Source: Nitrospirota bacterium (GTDB taxonomy: Bacteria; Nitrospirota; UBA9217). From it: a stretch of 64,000 nucleotides of DNA. The position numbers were made by a program, and so were the translations under genes. The notes below the pieces were generated by a model. It saw only the letters and a program-made list of their open reading frames with translations. It was not told the DNA's origin and ran no database searches. Below, in pieces: positions 10,286 through 21,536 of the stretch; the stretch's first letter is position 1, and each line of letters starts with the position of its first letter. Where the stretch lies: positions 352,001-416,000 of the forward strand of contig CAVUCU010000004.1 of NCBI GenBank assembly GCA_963740085.1. Direction: 5' to 3'.

Positions 10286-11230
10286 TTACTTGCCTGCCCG
10301 TTCCAACGACCTCTGCGAGAAGAGAGCGTCTGGAAAATGCGTATGATATTGAATGCTCTCGATCGTGAGCTCGGTCCGGTGGCCCGTCTTCTTGTTCTCC
10401 ATATTCATCTTGAACGGTGTCGGGATCCCGTCAACGGTCCGGATATCCGTGAAAATTCCCGTGCGATAAATATCATTGTCCTGATAGTAATCTATCTTCA
10501 GATGGACCCAGAGGTCCTTCGCGACCCAGGCAATGTACTTTGTGTATTTCCGGTGGATCTTTGGCGTTACTTCGACAACGTAGCAAGGTTTGTTGTCGAT
10601 GGTTTCTTCTTTCAGAAGGCTGAATTTGTAGTCATCCAGGTTCGGCGGCCCGCCGAAGTCGTCGTATGAAAAATCAGACCCGAAGAAAGAATCATCCTGA
10701 GAGCTCGTGGCAATGCGCCGCACGCGTTTGTACTCCGGGAAGTAGGCCCAGAGGTCCCGGTCGGAGAATGTGTGCGCGTGGATCAGGAAACCCACGTTTT
10801 TCAGGTCAGGCGGAGACTTGAATACGATGAGGACCTTATATGCCTCGGGGTCAGACTTCTTGCTATACTCCGTGAGCGTTCGCGTGCGCTTGCCGCCGCC
10901 CCTGTCGAAGAGGACCATGGTCACTTCGGTCTTCCTGTCAAGCGACCGGGAGCGTTGCTCATGGACCTTTTCATACACTTCACGGCCGCTCATGGCGCTT
11001 GCGGTTGTAGTTTGCATCGTTCCATAGAGGATAATTGTTGCTAACAGAAACCGCAGTATCCAACCGGCATAGTTCGGAGTTGGGAGTTTGGAGTTCGGAG
11101 TTAAGAACGAAAAGGACATGTTCAATCTGTACTTTGTACCCTGTAGTCTGTATTGTTGATCCGTCTGACTTTCCGGTAGCCTAGTCATATTCTTCTCCCA
11201 ACTCCGAACTCCTGACTCCGAACTTATCAT
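10286..11230 (-). CDS. Outer-membrane lipoprotein-sorting (LolA-like) protein
   Basis: F..PPDLKNVGFL...DLWAYFPEYKRVRRI...FFGSDFSYDD motif; start uncertain because the 5' region contains heptamer repeats. Confidence 0.8.
   Translation of the reverse strand: MISSESGVRSWEKNMTRLPESQTDQQYRLQGTKYRLNMSFSFLTPNSKLPTPNYAGWILRFLLATIILYGTMQTTTASAMSGREVYEKVHEQRSRSLDRKTEVTMVLFDRGGGKRTRTLTEYSKKSDPEAYKVLIVFKSPPDLKNVGFLIHAHTFSDRDLWAYFPEYKRVRRIATSSQDDSFFGSDFSYDDFGGPPNLDDYKFSLLKEETIDNKPCYVVEVTPKIHRKYTKYIAWVAKDLWVHLKIDYYQDNDIYRTGIFTDIRTVDGIPTPFKMNMENKKTGHRTELTIESIQYHTHFPDALFSQRSLERAGK
11068..11224. repeat. Heptamer inverted-repeat element in the 5' region of the LolA-like gene
   Basis: (GGAGTTC)-type left arm, (TCTGTAC)-type middle array, (GAACTCC)-type right arm. 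Confidence 0.75.
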
Positions 11231-13819
11231 TCATACGAAAGCGCCTCCACGATATTGGTCTTTGCGGCGCGCCGGGCAGGATAAACTCCCGCCAAAGCGG
11301 CGAGCAGCGTTGCAAGTGCCAGTGCCCAGACAAGGGACGTAAAGTCGACGTGATACTGCATGCTCGCTCCGTAATCGCCTTTGAGAAAACCTTCAAGGCT
11401 CATCCAGCCGACGATGATGCCCGCCCCGGCGCCGAGCGTGCCGCCGATAATACCGAGGAGCATGGATTCGATGATGACCACCCGGGACACCTGGCCCCTG
11501 AGCATGCCGATGGAGCGCAGGATGCCGATCTCGCGCGTACGTTCGAGCACCGATGCGAGCAGGGTGACGATGATGCCGAAGCAGGCTATGGTCATCGTGA
11601 TGATGTTGATCGCACGGTTGACAGCGAAGCCCTGGTCAATGACCTTCCGGATCTCGTCCTTGAATTCCCTTGCCGGCAGGACGAAGAGCCGGCGGTCGTT
11701 TCCGAACCTTCGTGCGATCTCATTCCGGACGGTTTCAACTTCGCTCTTCCGCGTCACCCGGACCGAAAATGAGTCTGCCAGGAACTCCTTCCAGTACCGG
11801 TGGTAGGTGTTCATGTCCATGAGTATGGAGCCCGAATCCGAGCTGTAGTCCACGTTGACGACAGCGACCTTGAATTCGACAGGTCCTTCAGGCGTCGGAA
11901 GCACCATCACATCGCCGGGTTTGACGTGTTCCTGCGAGGCGATCGCTTCGTTCACGGCGATATAGTTCTGGTTCGGCAGCAGCCGCGCCAGGTCTTCGCG
12001 CTTCCCCTGGGCTATCTTAAAGGGGCTGTATGCGGTCCTTCGTTTGACGTCCAACGTGAGGAGCAGGACGCGTCTGCCGTGATAGTTGATATAAAGTTTG
12101 CGGAAGGGGTCAGCGGAGAGCACGCCGGGCACCCGCTCGATAGCTTTACCCATTTCGACGGGCATGGGGATGTTCTGAGATCCCGTGGTCGCGATGGGAT
12201 GTCCCGACGTTACGATGATGTCTCCCCGCACGTAGGAATCGATCCAGTCAAGTACGGACTGTTTGGTGCTGTAGATGAGACCCGCCGAGCTCACAAATAC
12301 AGAGATCCCGTAGAAGATGGCTGCAGCGGCCACGGCGTTCCGGGTGATGTTCTTCTGGAGGTTCAGTCCGGCGAGACGGCCTGCCGCTCCCGCACGCGGC
12401 GAGATGGTCTTGCGATAGATGGCAAGAAATCCCTGAAGGACCGAAGGTGTCGCGAGCGAAATACCGAGCAAAAAAAATATTGTTGCCAGGAACATGGTCG
12501 CGCTATTGTGGAAGAGCGCCGAAGCTGCAAAGACCTTGAACAGGAGCAGGAGAACAACAGCGAAAAGGACCAGGGAAATCGCCGCGATCTTCAGCCGCTT
12601 GCCGGAGAGAAAACCTTCTTCGGAATAGGGCGCCGAGCGAATTGCCGACACCGGCGTGATGCGCGTGCTCGCGAGGGCGGGAAACAGCGCCGCCGCAAGG
12701 CTCGCGGCAATGCCGGTGACGAAGCCAAGAGCGAGGTTCGGCAGGGAGATGGCGATCTCCGAGATAGAGGTCCTCTGATAGAGTTCGGAAACGGTCTGGC
12801 CAACGGCGCTGATCGCGGATTTGGCAAAGAGGATGCCGACAACGATTCCCAGCCCGGAGCCGACGATTGCCATGACAAAGGTCTCTCCCAGAAAGAGTGC
12901 AATGATCTCTCTCCGCGTGGAGCCGAGGGCGCGCAGGATGCCGATCTCTTTTCTGCGCTGGACCACCGAGATCGAGACCGCATTATAGATCAGGTACATG
13001 CCGACGAAGACGGCGATGAAACTGATGAGGTTGATGTTCTTCTGGAAGTGGGAGATGAGGACCTCGACCTGCCTGGTCCTGCCTTCAGGCGTTATGACAC
13101 TGTATCCGCCCGGGAGTGCCTTTATAATGCGTTCGCGGACAACATCCAGGTTCTCTCCCCGCAGGAGGCTCACATCGATCCGGTCGATCCTGCCTTCCTT
13201 GCCGAAGGCCATCTGCGCAGCCGGGTAATCCATGATCGCAATGCTTCCTGCCATGATCTTCGCCGGGCCTTCGGGATTCAGCAGTCCCCGCACCCGGAAG
13301 GTGCGGATGCCGCGCACGGTCTGGATCTGTATCTTCTGATCGAGCTTGATGCCTTCCCGTTCCGCGAGCTCGCGGGTGAGCAGTATGGAGTCGGGCCGGG
13401 CAAGGAACAGGAGCGGGTCGGGGATATCGGCGCTTTCATCGGAGAGGTTGTAATCGCGGATATTGCCGTCCTGGAGCACGTCCACGCCGAGGATCATGAG
13501 CGTTTGCTCCTTTGCCCCGACCAGGATGCCCTGCGCATCGATCACCGGCACGGCATATTCAACTCCGGGGACCTTCTGTACCCGGTCAATGAGGTCCTCG
13601 GGAAATCCCGACGCCGCTCCGGTGACCTGAAGCGCGGCGCGTCCCGTCACGACGGTTGATCGAGTCCTCAAAGGAGCGCATGACGCTCTTGTTCACGATA
13701 CCTATGGACACGATGGCGGCAACGCCGAGGCTGATGCCCGCCACGATCATCAACGTGTGGACCTTCTGGAGGCGGATACGTTTGATGCTGATGTGTTTGA
13801 GAAGGTTCAGGAGATTCAT
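11227..13819 (-). CDS. ABC transporter permease (MacB/FtsX family, duplicated), +1 frameshift near 13650
   Basis: Two RRKEIGILRALG/ERTREIGILRSIG motifs; the N-terminus MNLLNLLKH...GVAAIVSI lies in the adjacent frame. Confidence 0.85.
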
Positions 13820-13858
13820 TCTATACCAATCTGAATAAGTCGGAGCTGAAATTTTGGA

Positions 13859-14006
13859 ACCGCGAAGTCGCGAAGAGCGCAAAGGAAATATAAAAAAACT
13901 AATGAGAGACGAATGATTGGAAAACAAGTAAAATCAGCCGGACGATATACAGAAATTATTGTCAGCTTTATTGCAAATTACTTCGCGTCCTTCGCGTCTT
14001 CGCGGT
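13859..14006. repeat. Nonamer-repeat inverted-arm element
   Basis: ACCGCGAAGTCGCGAAGAGCGCAAAG ... CTTCGCGTCCTTCGCGTCTTCGCGGT around an AT-rich spacer. Confidence 0.8.
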
Positions 14007-14040
14007 AAAAATTATTTATATGAGTTATATCGGAAAATCG

Positions 14041-14715
14041 CTATCTCGCGTTATCTTCGGCGATGCTGCCGTCCCTGAGCGTAATGACGCGTGTGCCGTA
14101 GGCAGCGGCCTTCTGGTCATGGGTCACCATGACGATGGTCTGGCCCTCCCGGTGGAGGCCGGCGAGCAGAAGGAGGATGTCCTCGCTGGTGCGCGAATCG
14201 AGGTTTCCCGTTGGTTCGTCGGCCAGGAGCACGGCAGGGCTTGCGATGAGCGCACGCGCAATGGCCACGCGCTGCATCTCGCCGCCCGAGAGCTGCTCGG
14301 GCCGGTGTTCTGTCCGTTCACTGAGTCCGACCTTCTGCAGAAGCGCTTCCGCTTTTGGTTTGATCTTTGAGAAAGGGATGCCCTCAAGCAGGAGGGGAAG
14401 GCTCACGTTCTCCGCCGCGGTCAGAATGGGCAGAAGGTTGAAGAACTGGAAGATGAAACCCACGTGCCGCCGCCTGATGAGCGTGAGCTCGTCATCGGAG
14501 ATGCCGTGGAGCGGGGTCCCGTCAATGAATATCTCTCCGGAACTTGGCTGGTCCAGGCCGCCGATGAGGTTCAGCAGTGTGCTCTTGCCCGATCCGGAGG
14601 GACCCATGACGGAAAGGAATTCGCCTGTCCGTATGCCGAGCGTGATATTGCTCAGTGCCTGGATATCTTTTGAGCCGTGCCGGTAGCTCCGCGTCACACC
14701 TTTCAGTTCGATCAT
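14041..14715 (-). CDS. ABC transporter ATP-binding protein (LolD/MacB family)
   Basis: GPSGSGKST, LSGGEMQRVAIARAL and LADEPTGNLD motifs. Confidence 0.95.
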   Translation of the reverse strand: MIELKGVTRSYRHGSKDIQALSNITLGIRTGEFLSVMGPSGSGKSTLLNLIGGLDQPSSGEIFIDGTPLHGISDDELTLIRRRHVGFIFQFFNLLPILTAAENVSLPLLLEGIPFSKIKPKAEALLQKVGLSERTEHRPEQLSGGEMQRVAIARALIASPAVLLADEPTGNLDSRTSEDILLLLAGLHREGQTIVMVTHDQKAAAYGTRVITLRDGSIAEDNAR

Positions 14716-14889
14716 GCGTTACCTCATAGTTCCAATTTTAGCGGCTTGGTAACATGTTGTAAAGGTAATTCTGGATCGCCGAGGTCGTCCGTCCGGATAA
14801 AACTTTTTTTTACAAAACAGGCAAATTGTGTTATAAAGTGTGCGTTGACGCAGAACACGCTTAATTCATTTGAACAGAGGAGGTGCACT

Positions 14890-15465
14890 ATGAAGGTCAT
14901 TGCATTCAACGGCAGCGCGCGGAAGGATGGGAACACCGCTATTCTTATGAACCTTGTGCTCGATGAGCTCAAGGCAGAAGGCATCGAGACGGAGATCTAC
15001 TCACTTGCAGGAAAACCGATCCAGGGCTGCATTGCCTGCTTCAAGTGTTTCGAGAAAAAGAACCGGCGCTGTAATGTCGAGAAGGACGTCATGAACGAGT
15101 GCATCCGGAAGATGGATGAGGCTGACGGGATAGTGCTCGGCTCTCCCACTTATTTCGCCGATGTATCGGCCGGGATGAAGGCGCTGATAGAACGCTGCGG
15201 CATGGTGGGGCGGGCGAACCAGGACATGTACAAGCGCAAGGTGGGCGCGGCAGTTGTGGCGGTCAGACGCGCAGGAGCGATCCATGTTTTTAACTCGCTC
15301 AATTATTTTTTCACGATCAATGAGATGGTCATCCCCGGATCGAGCTACTGGAACATCGGCATTGGAAGACAGCCGGGTGAAGTCAACAATGATGCTGAGG
15401 GCGTGCAGACGATGAAGAACCTTGGCAAGAACATGGCGTGGTTGATGAAGAAGATAAAGAGCTGA
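14890..15465 (+). CDS. Iron-sulfur flavoprotein / flavodoxin family protein
   Basis: MKVIAFNGSARKDGNT; CIACFKC...C cluster motif; GSPTYF. Confidence 0.9.
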   Translation: MKVIAFNGSARKDGNTAILMNLVLDELKAEGIETEIYSLAGKPIQGCIACFKCFEKKNRRCNVEKDVMNECIRKMDEADGIVLGSPTYFADVSAGMKALIERCGMVGRANQDMYKRKVGAAVVAVRRAGAIHVFNSLNYFFTINEMVIPGSSYWNIGIGRQPGEVNNDAEGVQTMKNLGKNMAWLMKKIKS

Positions 15466-15673
15466 TATACTTAAAAAAGCGGAAAACAGGATGGCTTCTC
15501 AGCGAGGTTTAAAAAGACGATACTATTTCTGCTATACTAAAAGCGAAAACATTTCAATAAATGATCTGCATGTAAAACTAAGGTCCTAATATGCGAAATG
15601 TTTATATCTATTTAATTCATATTGAGTTAACATAGTTGACAAGGCGATACTAACAAGAGAGGAGGAACGATAT

Positions 15674-15919
15674 ATGAACATGGACAAGAATATGCGTGAT
15701 GAGATCGCGCGAGTGGCGTACGGATTGTTTGAAAAGCGCGGGTACACCCCCGGGAATGATTTCTCGGATTGGATTGAAGCGGAAAAAATCGTGAAGAAGA
15801 CATATTCTAAAGGAATGGCCAGCGACGTAAAACCCGTCAAGCCGGCTCAGCCTGTGAAGGCAACAGCATCGGCAAAATCAAAGTCGCGAGGGCTATCCCC
15901 GAGACCTTTGACGAGATAA
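15674..15919 (+). CDS. DUF2934-like small protein
   Basis: EIARVAYGLFEKRG...DWIEAE motif; strong GGAGG RBS. Confidence 0.8.
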   Translation: MNMDKNMRDEIARVAYGLFEKRGYTPGNDFSDWIEAEKIVKKTYSKGMASDVKPVKPAQPVKATASAKSKSRGLSPRPLTR

Positions 15920-15997
15920 TAGTATATTTTTGATTCAGCCAACGCTCGAATCGGATAGCGCGTCGTGAAGCACAAAAGTTTTGCGCTGATAAAAATC

Positions 15998-16026
15998 TTG
16001 ACATGCACAAGCAGTTGAGGTATTGT
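15998..16026 (+). promoter_or_regulatory. Sigma70 promoter of the pyr operon
   Basis: TTGACA-17 nt-TATTGT. Confidence 0.7.
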
Positions 16027-16044
16027 ATCTTCGTCAGCAGAAAT

Positions 16045-16080
16045 CCTCTTTAAGTCTGGTCCCGTGAGGCCAGGAAGGGT
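16045..16080 (+). promoter_or_regulatory. PyrR-binding RNA leader motif
   Basis: CTTTAAGTCTGGTCCCGTGAGGCCAGGAAGG resembles the PyrR loop consensus (CUUUAA...GUCCnGnGAGGC...AAGG); directly upstream of pyrR. Confidence 0.8.
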
Positions 16081-16129
16081 CTGAGATGAAAAAGTTCAAC
16101 TTCATAATCATCACTCTACACACGCCAGG

Positions 16130-16162
16130 CTTCTCCCTATTTCAGGGGAGAAGTTTTTTTTT
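16130..16162 (+). terminator. Attenuator terminator of the pyr leader
   Basis: CTTCTCCC-loop-GGGAGAAG followed by T9. Confidence 0.85.
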
Positions 16163-16257
16163 GCCTTTTTCCACGTTGCAAAGGCAAGCTGATAACGGCT
16201 CAGAAAAACCTCCGAACTCCGGGTCCTCGTACTTCGCAGCAAGGTGAGGTTTAATAA

Positions 16258-16800
16258 ATGAATTTAAAAGAAAAAGCACTTATCCTCGACAAGGCCGGCA
16301 TCGACCGGGCGCTCATACGGGTGGCCCATGAGATACTGGAAAAGAACAAAGGGGCCGGCGACCTTGTACTCGTCGGAATCCAGCGCGGCGGCGTGCATAT
16401 CGCCCGGCGACTGGCTGCACGGATTCACGAGATCGAGAAGGTCGAGGTCCCGGTGGGAAGTCTGGACATCACCATGTACCGCGATGACCTGTCGACGCGC
16501 AAATCCCAGCCCGTGCTCCAGGCCACTGACATTACTTTCGATATCAAGGAAAAGATCATGGTCCTTGTGGATGATGTGCTCTTTACGGGCAGGACCATCA
16601 GGGCGGCGCTCAACAGCATCATGGACTACGGCAGGCCGAGAAGCATCCAGCTCGCGGTCCTTGTGGATAGAGGGCACCGGGAACTTCCGATACGCGCCGA
16701 CTATGTGGGCAAGAACCTCCCGACCTCGGCAAAAGAAAAAGTTGAAGTGATGCTGGCAGAGGACGGGGTGGAAGAGAAGATAGTGATCATCGGTGAATAA
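16258..16800 (+). CDS. pyrR: Bifunctional pyr operon regulator / uracil phosphoribosyltransferase
   Basis: [24 protein letters not shown] and [17 protein letters not shown] motifs. Confidence 0.97.
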   Translation: MNLKEKALILDKAGIDRALIRVAHEILEKNKGAGDLVLVGIQRGGVHIARRLAARIHEIEKVEVPVGSLDITMYRDDLSTRKSQPVLQATDITFDIKEKIMVLVDDVLFTGRTIRAALNSIMDYGRPRSIQLAVLVDRGHRELPIRADYVGKNLPTSAKEKVEVMLAEDGVEEKIVIIGE

Positions 16801-16910
16801 GATAAATTCTGGACCCGGATGGTGAAATTCTCAATAAGTTCGAAATTCGAATTCTAAAAATTGGTTTTTGTCCAGGATTTCGCGCTTAGAATTCAGGAAT
16901 TGAGGATAAA

Positions 16911-17843
16911 GTGATGGCTCTGGCCTCCAAAGACCTGCTTGGCATAAAAGGCATGACCGCGGATGAGATCAAGCTTATTCTTGACACGGCGGCGACCTTC
17001 AAAGACGTGTCCGAGAGGGACATCAAGAAGGTGCCCGCCCTCCGCGGCAAGACGGTGATCAACCTGTTCTACGAGGCGAGCACGAGGACGCGGACGTCTT
17101 TCGAGTTGGCAGCCAAGCGGATGTCCGCTGATGTGATCAATATCTCGATCTCGAGCAGCAGCGTGGTCAAAGGCGAGACGCTCCTCGATACGGCCCGGAA
17201 CATCGAAGCCATGAAGTGCGACATGATCATCGTCCGGCACTTCTGCTCAGGCGCTCCGGAGTATCTCTCCAAAAGGCTCAAAAGTTCGGTCATCAATGCG
17301 GGCGATGGCTTTCATGAGCACCCCACGCAGGCATTGCTCGACATGTTCACGACCCGGGAAAAACTCGGAAAGCTCGAAGGTCTCACCGTGGCCATCGTTG
17401 GGGACATCACCCATAGCCGCGTCGCCCGGTCGAATATTTACGGGTTTACCACCATGGGCGCGAGCGTCAGGGTCTGCGGTCCCCCGACCATGATACCGCC
17501 CGGCATTGAAGACCTCGGCGCGCGTGTCTATTACGACATGGACGAAGCAATCGAGGGCGCGGATGTGGTCATGATGCTCCGGCTTCAACTTGAGCGCCAG
17601 ACAGCGGGACTCTTCCCGGGCGTGCGTGAGTACACGGGATTCTATGGTTTGAACCAGTCTCGTGTTGCCCGGGCGGCGAAACAGGTGCTCGTCATGCACC
17701 CGGGACCTGTCAACCGGGGAGTCGAGATATCTTCCGAGGTGGCAGACGGCAAGTCGGTGATCCTCGACCAGGTGACGAACGGCGTGGCGGTGCGGATGGC
17801 GGTCATGTTCCTCCTGTCCGGCGGCGTAAAGACGGAGGCGTAA
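16911..17843 (+). CDS. pyrB: Aspartate carbamoyltransferase catalytic subunit
   Basis: [23 protein letters not shown] and [10 protein letters not shown] motifs. Confidence 0.97.
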   Translation: MMALASKDLLGIKGMTADEIKLILDTAATFKDVSERDIKKVPALRGKTVINLFYEASTRTRTSFELAAKRMSADVINISISSSSVVKGETLLDTARNIEAMKCDMIIVRHFCSGAPEYLSKRLKSSVINAGDGFHEHPTQALLDMFTTREKLGKLEGLTVAIVGDITHSRVARSNIYGFTTMGASVRVCGPPTMIPPGIEDLGARVYYDMDEAIEGADVVMMLRLQLERQTAGLFPGVREYTGFYGLNQSRVARAAKQVLVMHPGPVNRGVEISSEVADGKSVILDQVTNGVAVRMAVMFLLSGGVKTEA

Positions 17844-17852
17844 AAGGGCGTC

Positions 17853-17960
17853 TCTCGCAGAGCACGTAGAGGCGCAGAGTTTAGTTAAAATATTTAAGTA
17901 AGGGCTTTAAACCAGATGATATATCTAGTTTTTCTCTGCGAGCACTGCGCCTCTGCGAGA
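17853..17960. repeat. Nonamer-repeat inverted-arm element
   Basis: TCTCGCAGAGCACGTAGAGGCGCAGAG ... CTCTGCGAGCACTGCGCCTCTGCGAGA. Confidence 0.8.
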
Positions 17961-18007
17961 AAATTGCCTGCTGTTTTGAAAGAGTTACTGAGAATATTTT
18001 AAATCAG

Positions 18008-19279
18008 GTGTCCCATATGAATATCTTGATAAAAAACGGCCATGTGATCGATCCTGCGAACAAGGTTGACGGGAAGCTCGATATCCTTGTGTCAGACGGC
18101 AAGATCGCGAAGCTCGGCAAGCCGGGCTCTTTGTCAGCCGATGGCTCGCAGGTGAACGATGCTGCGGGCAAACTCGTCGTCCCCGGTCTCATCGACATGC
18201 ATGTGCACCTGCGGGAGCCGGGATTCGAGTATAAGGAAACGATTGCAACGGGAACGGCCGCGGCAAAGTCCGGCGGATTTACCTCGGTTTGCTGCATGCC
18301 GAACACGAACCCGGTGAATGACAGCCGCCCGGTCACTGAATTCATTCTGTCTCAGGCCCGGGATGCCCCGGCCCGGGTTTATCCCATCGGCGCGATCACC
18401 AAGGGTTCGAAGGGCGAGGAACTGGCCGAGATGGGCGAACTGCACCGGTCGGGTTGCGTTGCGGTATCGGACGACGGCAAGCCGTTGATGAACGCGGCAA
18501 TGATGCGCCGCGCCATGGAATATTCGAAGATCTTCGATATGCTTATCATATCCCACTGCGAGGACAGTACCTTGTCAGCCAAAGGGGTGATGAACGAAGG
18601 CAGGATCTCGACCGAACTCGGACTCCGCGGTATTCCCCGCGCGGCCGAGGACGTGATGACCGCTCGGGACATCTCTCTCGCCGGGTTGACGGGGTGCAGG
18701 TTGCACATAGCCCATGTGAGCACTGCCGGCGCGGTGGATCTGGTCCGGGACGCGAAGAAGCGGGGCGTAAAGGTCACGGCGGAGACGTGTCCTCATTACT
18801 TTTCTTTGATTGACGAAGCGGTGCGGGGTTACAATACCATGGCTAAAATGAATCCACCGCTTCGCACCGCGGAAGATGTGGCCGCTCTCAAGGAAGGCCT
18901 TAAGGACGGGACCATCGAGGTGATCGCCACGGACCATGCGCCGCATTCCATGGATGAGAAGTCAGGCGAGTTCGACTATGTACCGTTCGGGATCGTGGGG
19001 CTCGAGACCGCTCTCGGGTTGACGCTCAAACTGGTGGATGAGGGCGTATTGACGCTCTCGGAAGCACTGCGCAAGCTTACTCTCAATCCGGCGGCAGTGC
19101 TGAAAATAAACAAGGGAACGCTTTCGCCGGGTGCCGATGCGGACATTACGATCATCGATCAGAATATTACCTGGACCGTTGATTCTTCCCAGTTCAGATC
19201 AAAGTCAAGGAACACGCCGTTCAATGGATGGCAGCTCAAGGGCAGGGCAGTGCAGACGATCGTGGGAGGAAGGCTTTAA
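18008..19279 (+). CDS. pyrC: Dihydroorotase
   Basis: [17 protein letters not shown] and ATDHAPH motifs. Confidence 0.97.
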   Translation: MSHMNILIKNGHVIDPANKVDGKLDILVSDGKIAKLGKPGSLSADGSQVNDAAGKLVVPGLIDMHVHLREPGFEYKETIATGTAAAKSGGFTSVCCMPNTNPVNDSRPVTEFILSQARDAPARVYPIGAITKGSKGEELAEMGELHRSGCVAVSDDGKPLMNAAMMRRAMEYSKIFDMLIISHCEDSTLSAKGVMNEGRISTELGLRGIPRAAEDVMTARDISLAGLTGCRLHIAHVSTAGAVDLVRDAKKRGVKVTAETCPHYFSLIDEAVRGYNTMAKMNPPLRTAEDVAALKEGLKDGTIEVIATDHAPHSMDEKSGEFDYVPFGIVGLETALGLTLKLVDEGVLTLSEALRKLTLNPAAVLKINKGTLSPGADADITIIDQNITWTVDSSQFRSKSRNTPFNGWQLKGRAVQTIVGGRL

Positions 19280-20164
19280 TTGCGAACACCTTCCTGCAGA
19301 TTTCGAAATATAAGGCTTTCTGCGATAATTCTTTCGATCTTGATGCTGGCCGGAAATGCCGCTGCCGCCCAGGACCAGCAGATAGCCCAAAAGTTGGCCG
19401 CCCTTGAAAGGATTCAGGGCAGGTTCACGTTCATCGTCCTGGGTGACAACCGCTCCGGTGATGACATCTACAGGAAGATCGTTGCACTGGCAGTGGAACA
19501 GAAGCCTGATTTCGTGGTTAATACCGGGGACGTGATCGCAACACCTGGCAATAAGGGAGAATGGACCAGGTTCTGGGCAATGTCGAAGCCCATTACCGTT
19601 CCTTACTTTCTGGCCGTGGGTAATCACGATGCGAATCCCCTGTTGTGGTACAGCGAAAATACATTTAAAGAACAGGTTGACCTTCCGGGGAATGAGCTCT
19701 ATTACTCGTTCAATGCGGGAAATTCACTTTTTGTGGTGCTCGACTCATATCAGGACGACCATGAAAGGCGGATCAACGGCGAACAACTTACCTGGCTTGA
19801 GAGTATATTGCTGAATTCAGATAAGGTGCACAAATTCGTGTTCCTCCACCATCCGCTCTACACCGATCCGGGGAAGGGAAATCACGCCGGCGACTGCCTC
19901 GATGAATATCCGAAGGACAGGGACAGGCTGGAGGCGCTTTTCGTAAAGGCAAAAGTAGACGCCGTGTTCGCAGGACACGAACATATTTATCAGCGGAAAA
20001 CGATTGATGGTATCACCCATGTTATCACCGGAGGCGCCGGGGCTCCTCTCGCTTCCCAGGATGAAGAGGTTGGCTTTCATCACTTCGTGAAGGTCACCGT
20101 GGACGGGGGCAGGGTGATTGGAGAAGTGATTGATGTAAACGGAAGAATTCGAGATAAATTTTGA
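19280..20164 (+). CDS. Secreted calcineurin-like metallophosphoesterase
   Basis: Signal peptide; GDNR, TGD, GNHD, HHP and GHEH motifs. Confidence 0.88.
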   Translation: MRTPSCRFRNIRLSAIILSILMLAGNAAAAQDQQIAQKLAALERIQGRFTFIVLGDNRSGDDIYRKIVALAVEQKPDFVVNTGDVIATPGNKGEWTRFWAMSKPITVPYFLAVGNHDANPLLWYSENTFKEQVDLPGNELYYSFNAGNSLFVVLDSYQDDHERRINGEQLTWLESILLNSDKVHKFVFLHHPLYTDPGKGNHAGDCLDEYPKDRDRLEALFVKAKVDAVFAGHEHIYQRKTIDGITHVITGGAGAPLASQDEEVGFHHFVKVTVDGGRVIGEVIDVNGRIRDKF

Positions 20165-20311
20165 TTGCGGAGATAAAATTCTACAATCTAATATCTTGAT
20201 CCTGAATAATTTTAAATATCGAATGTCTAAAATGTCCGGATTTCTGTTATTTGATATTGTTTAGAGCTCAGTAATTCTGGTTTAGAATTTATCTCCCAAG
20301 GATAGTGAAGA

Positions 20312-21439
20312 ATGATAAAAGCGATCCTAGCACTGGCTGACGGCACGGTGTTCGAAGGACACTCCTTTGGCGCGGAAGGTGAGGCTTTCGGAGAGGTCGT
20401 GTTCAACACGAGCATGACCGGGTACCAGGAAATTTTGACCGATCCGTCGTACAAAGGCCAGATCGTTACCATGACCTACACGCAGATCGGCAACTACGGT
20501 GTGAACGACGAGGACGTGGAATCTGCACGGCCGTACGCCGAAGGCTTCATCGTGAAGGAGTATCTCGACTTCCCGAGCAACTGGCGGTCAAAGAAGTCCC
20601 TCCACGAGTATCTCAAGCAGAATGGCATCGTCGGCATCCAGGGCATCGATACGCGCGCGCTGACCCGCCACCTCCGCGATTTCGGCGCTCAACCGGGGAT
20701 CATCACGACGAAGGTCATGAAGCCCGAGAGGATAGTTGCCGGGGCACGGGCGCTCCCGAACATGAGCGGCCTTGATCTGGTGAAAGAGGTCACGTGTTCG
20801 ACAGCGTATACGTGGGATGAAGGTGACTGGGACCTCAAGACAGGTTATGGCGGGAAGGCATCTTCACGCTATCTCGTCGTGGCCTATGATTACGGCATTA
20901 AGAGAAATATCCTTCGGCTTCTCACGAGCGCGGGATGTGATGTGACCGTGGTTCCCGCGACCATGCCTGCGGAGGAAGTGCTTGCCATGAACCCCGATGG
21001 CGTCTTTCTGTCGAATGGGCCCGGGGATCCGGAGCCGGTCACCTATGCGATCGAAAACATAAAAAAGCTGCTCGGCAAAAAACCGGTCTTCGGCATTTGC
21101 CTGGGTCAGCAGCTTTTCGGCCTTGCCCTCGGCGGCAGGACATACAAGCTCAAGTTCGGTCATCATGGCGGCAACCAGCCGATCATGGACCTTGCCACCC
21201 GCAAGGTCGAGATAGCGGCGGAAAATCATGGTTTCGCGGTGGACATGGAAACGGTGAAGGACCAGGTTGTCATGACGCATGTGAATCTGAATGACAATAC
21301 CTGCGAGGGGTTTCATCACAAGACCCTGCCCGCGTTCTCGGTTCAGTACCATCCGGAGGCGTCGCCGGGCCCGCACGACAGCAGGTATCTGTTCAAACGG
21401 TTTATTGATATGATGGAGAAACATAAAGGAAAGGCTTAA
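20312..21439 (+). CDS. carA: Carbamoyl-phosphate synthase small subunit
   Basis: [26 protein letters not shown] and [10 protein letters not shown] motifs. Confidence 0.97.
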   Translation: MIKAILALADGTVFEGHSFGAEGEAFGEVVFNTSMTGYQEILTDPSYKGQIVTMTYTQIGNYGVNDEDVESARPYAEGFIVKEYLDFPSNWRSKKSLHEYLKQNGIVGIQGIDTRALTRHLRDFGAQPGIITTKVMKPERIVAGARALPNMSGLDLVKEVTCSTAYTWDEGDWDLKTGYGGKASSRYLVVAYDYGIKRNILRLLTSAGCDVTVVPATMPAEEVLAMNPDGVFLSNGPGDPEPVTYAIENIKKLLGKKPVFGICLGQQLFGLALGGRTYKLKFGHHGGNQPIMDLATRKVEIAAENHGFAVDMETVKDQVVMTHVNLNDNTCEGFHHKTLPAFSVQYHPEASPGPHDSRYLFKRFIDMMEKHKGKA

Positions 21440-21536
21440 CACCAAAGATGCCACGAAGACACGAAGGCGCGAAGTTGTCAAGAAGTCTCTTAGAGTCTGC
21501 GTGCCTTAGCGGCTGGACAGGTTCACTGCGGTTTCA

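Noticed and set aside
11800-13659. 619-aa plus-strand ORF
   Set aside because: Antisense shadow of the ABC permease; no recognisable motifs; typical of GC-rich membrane-protein genes
6190-13660. Programmed ribosomal frameshifting at the split genes
   Set aside because: No slippery heptamers or shared signal at the sites; uniform +1 insertions fit sequencing error better
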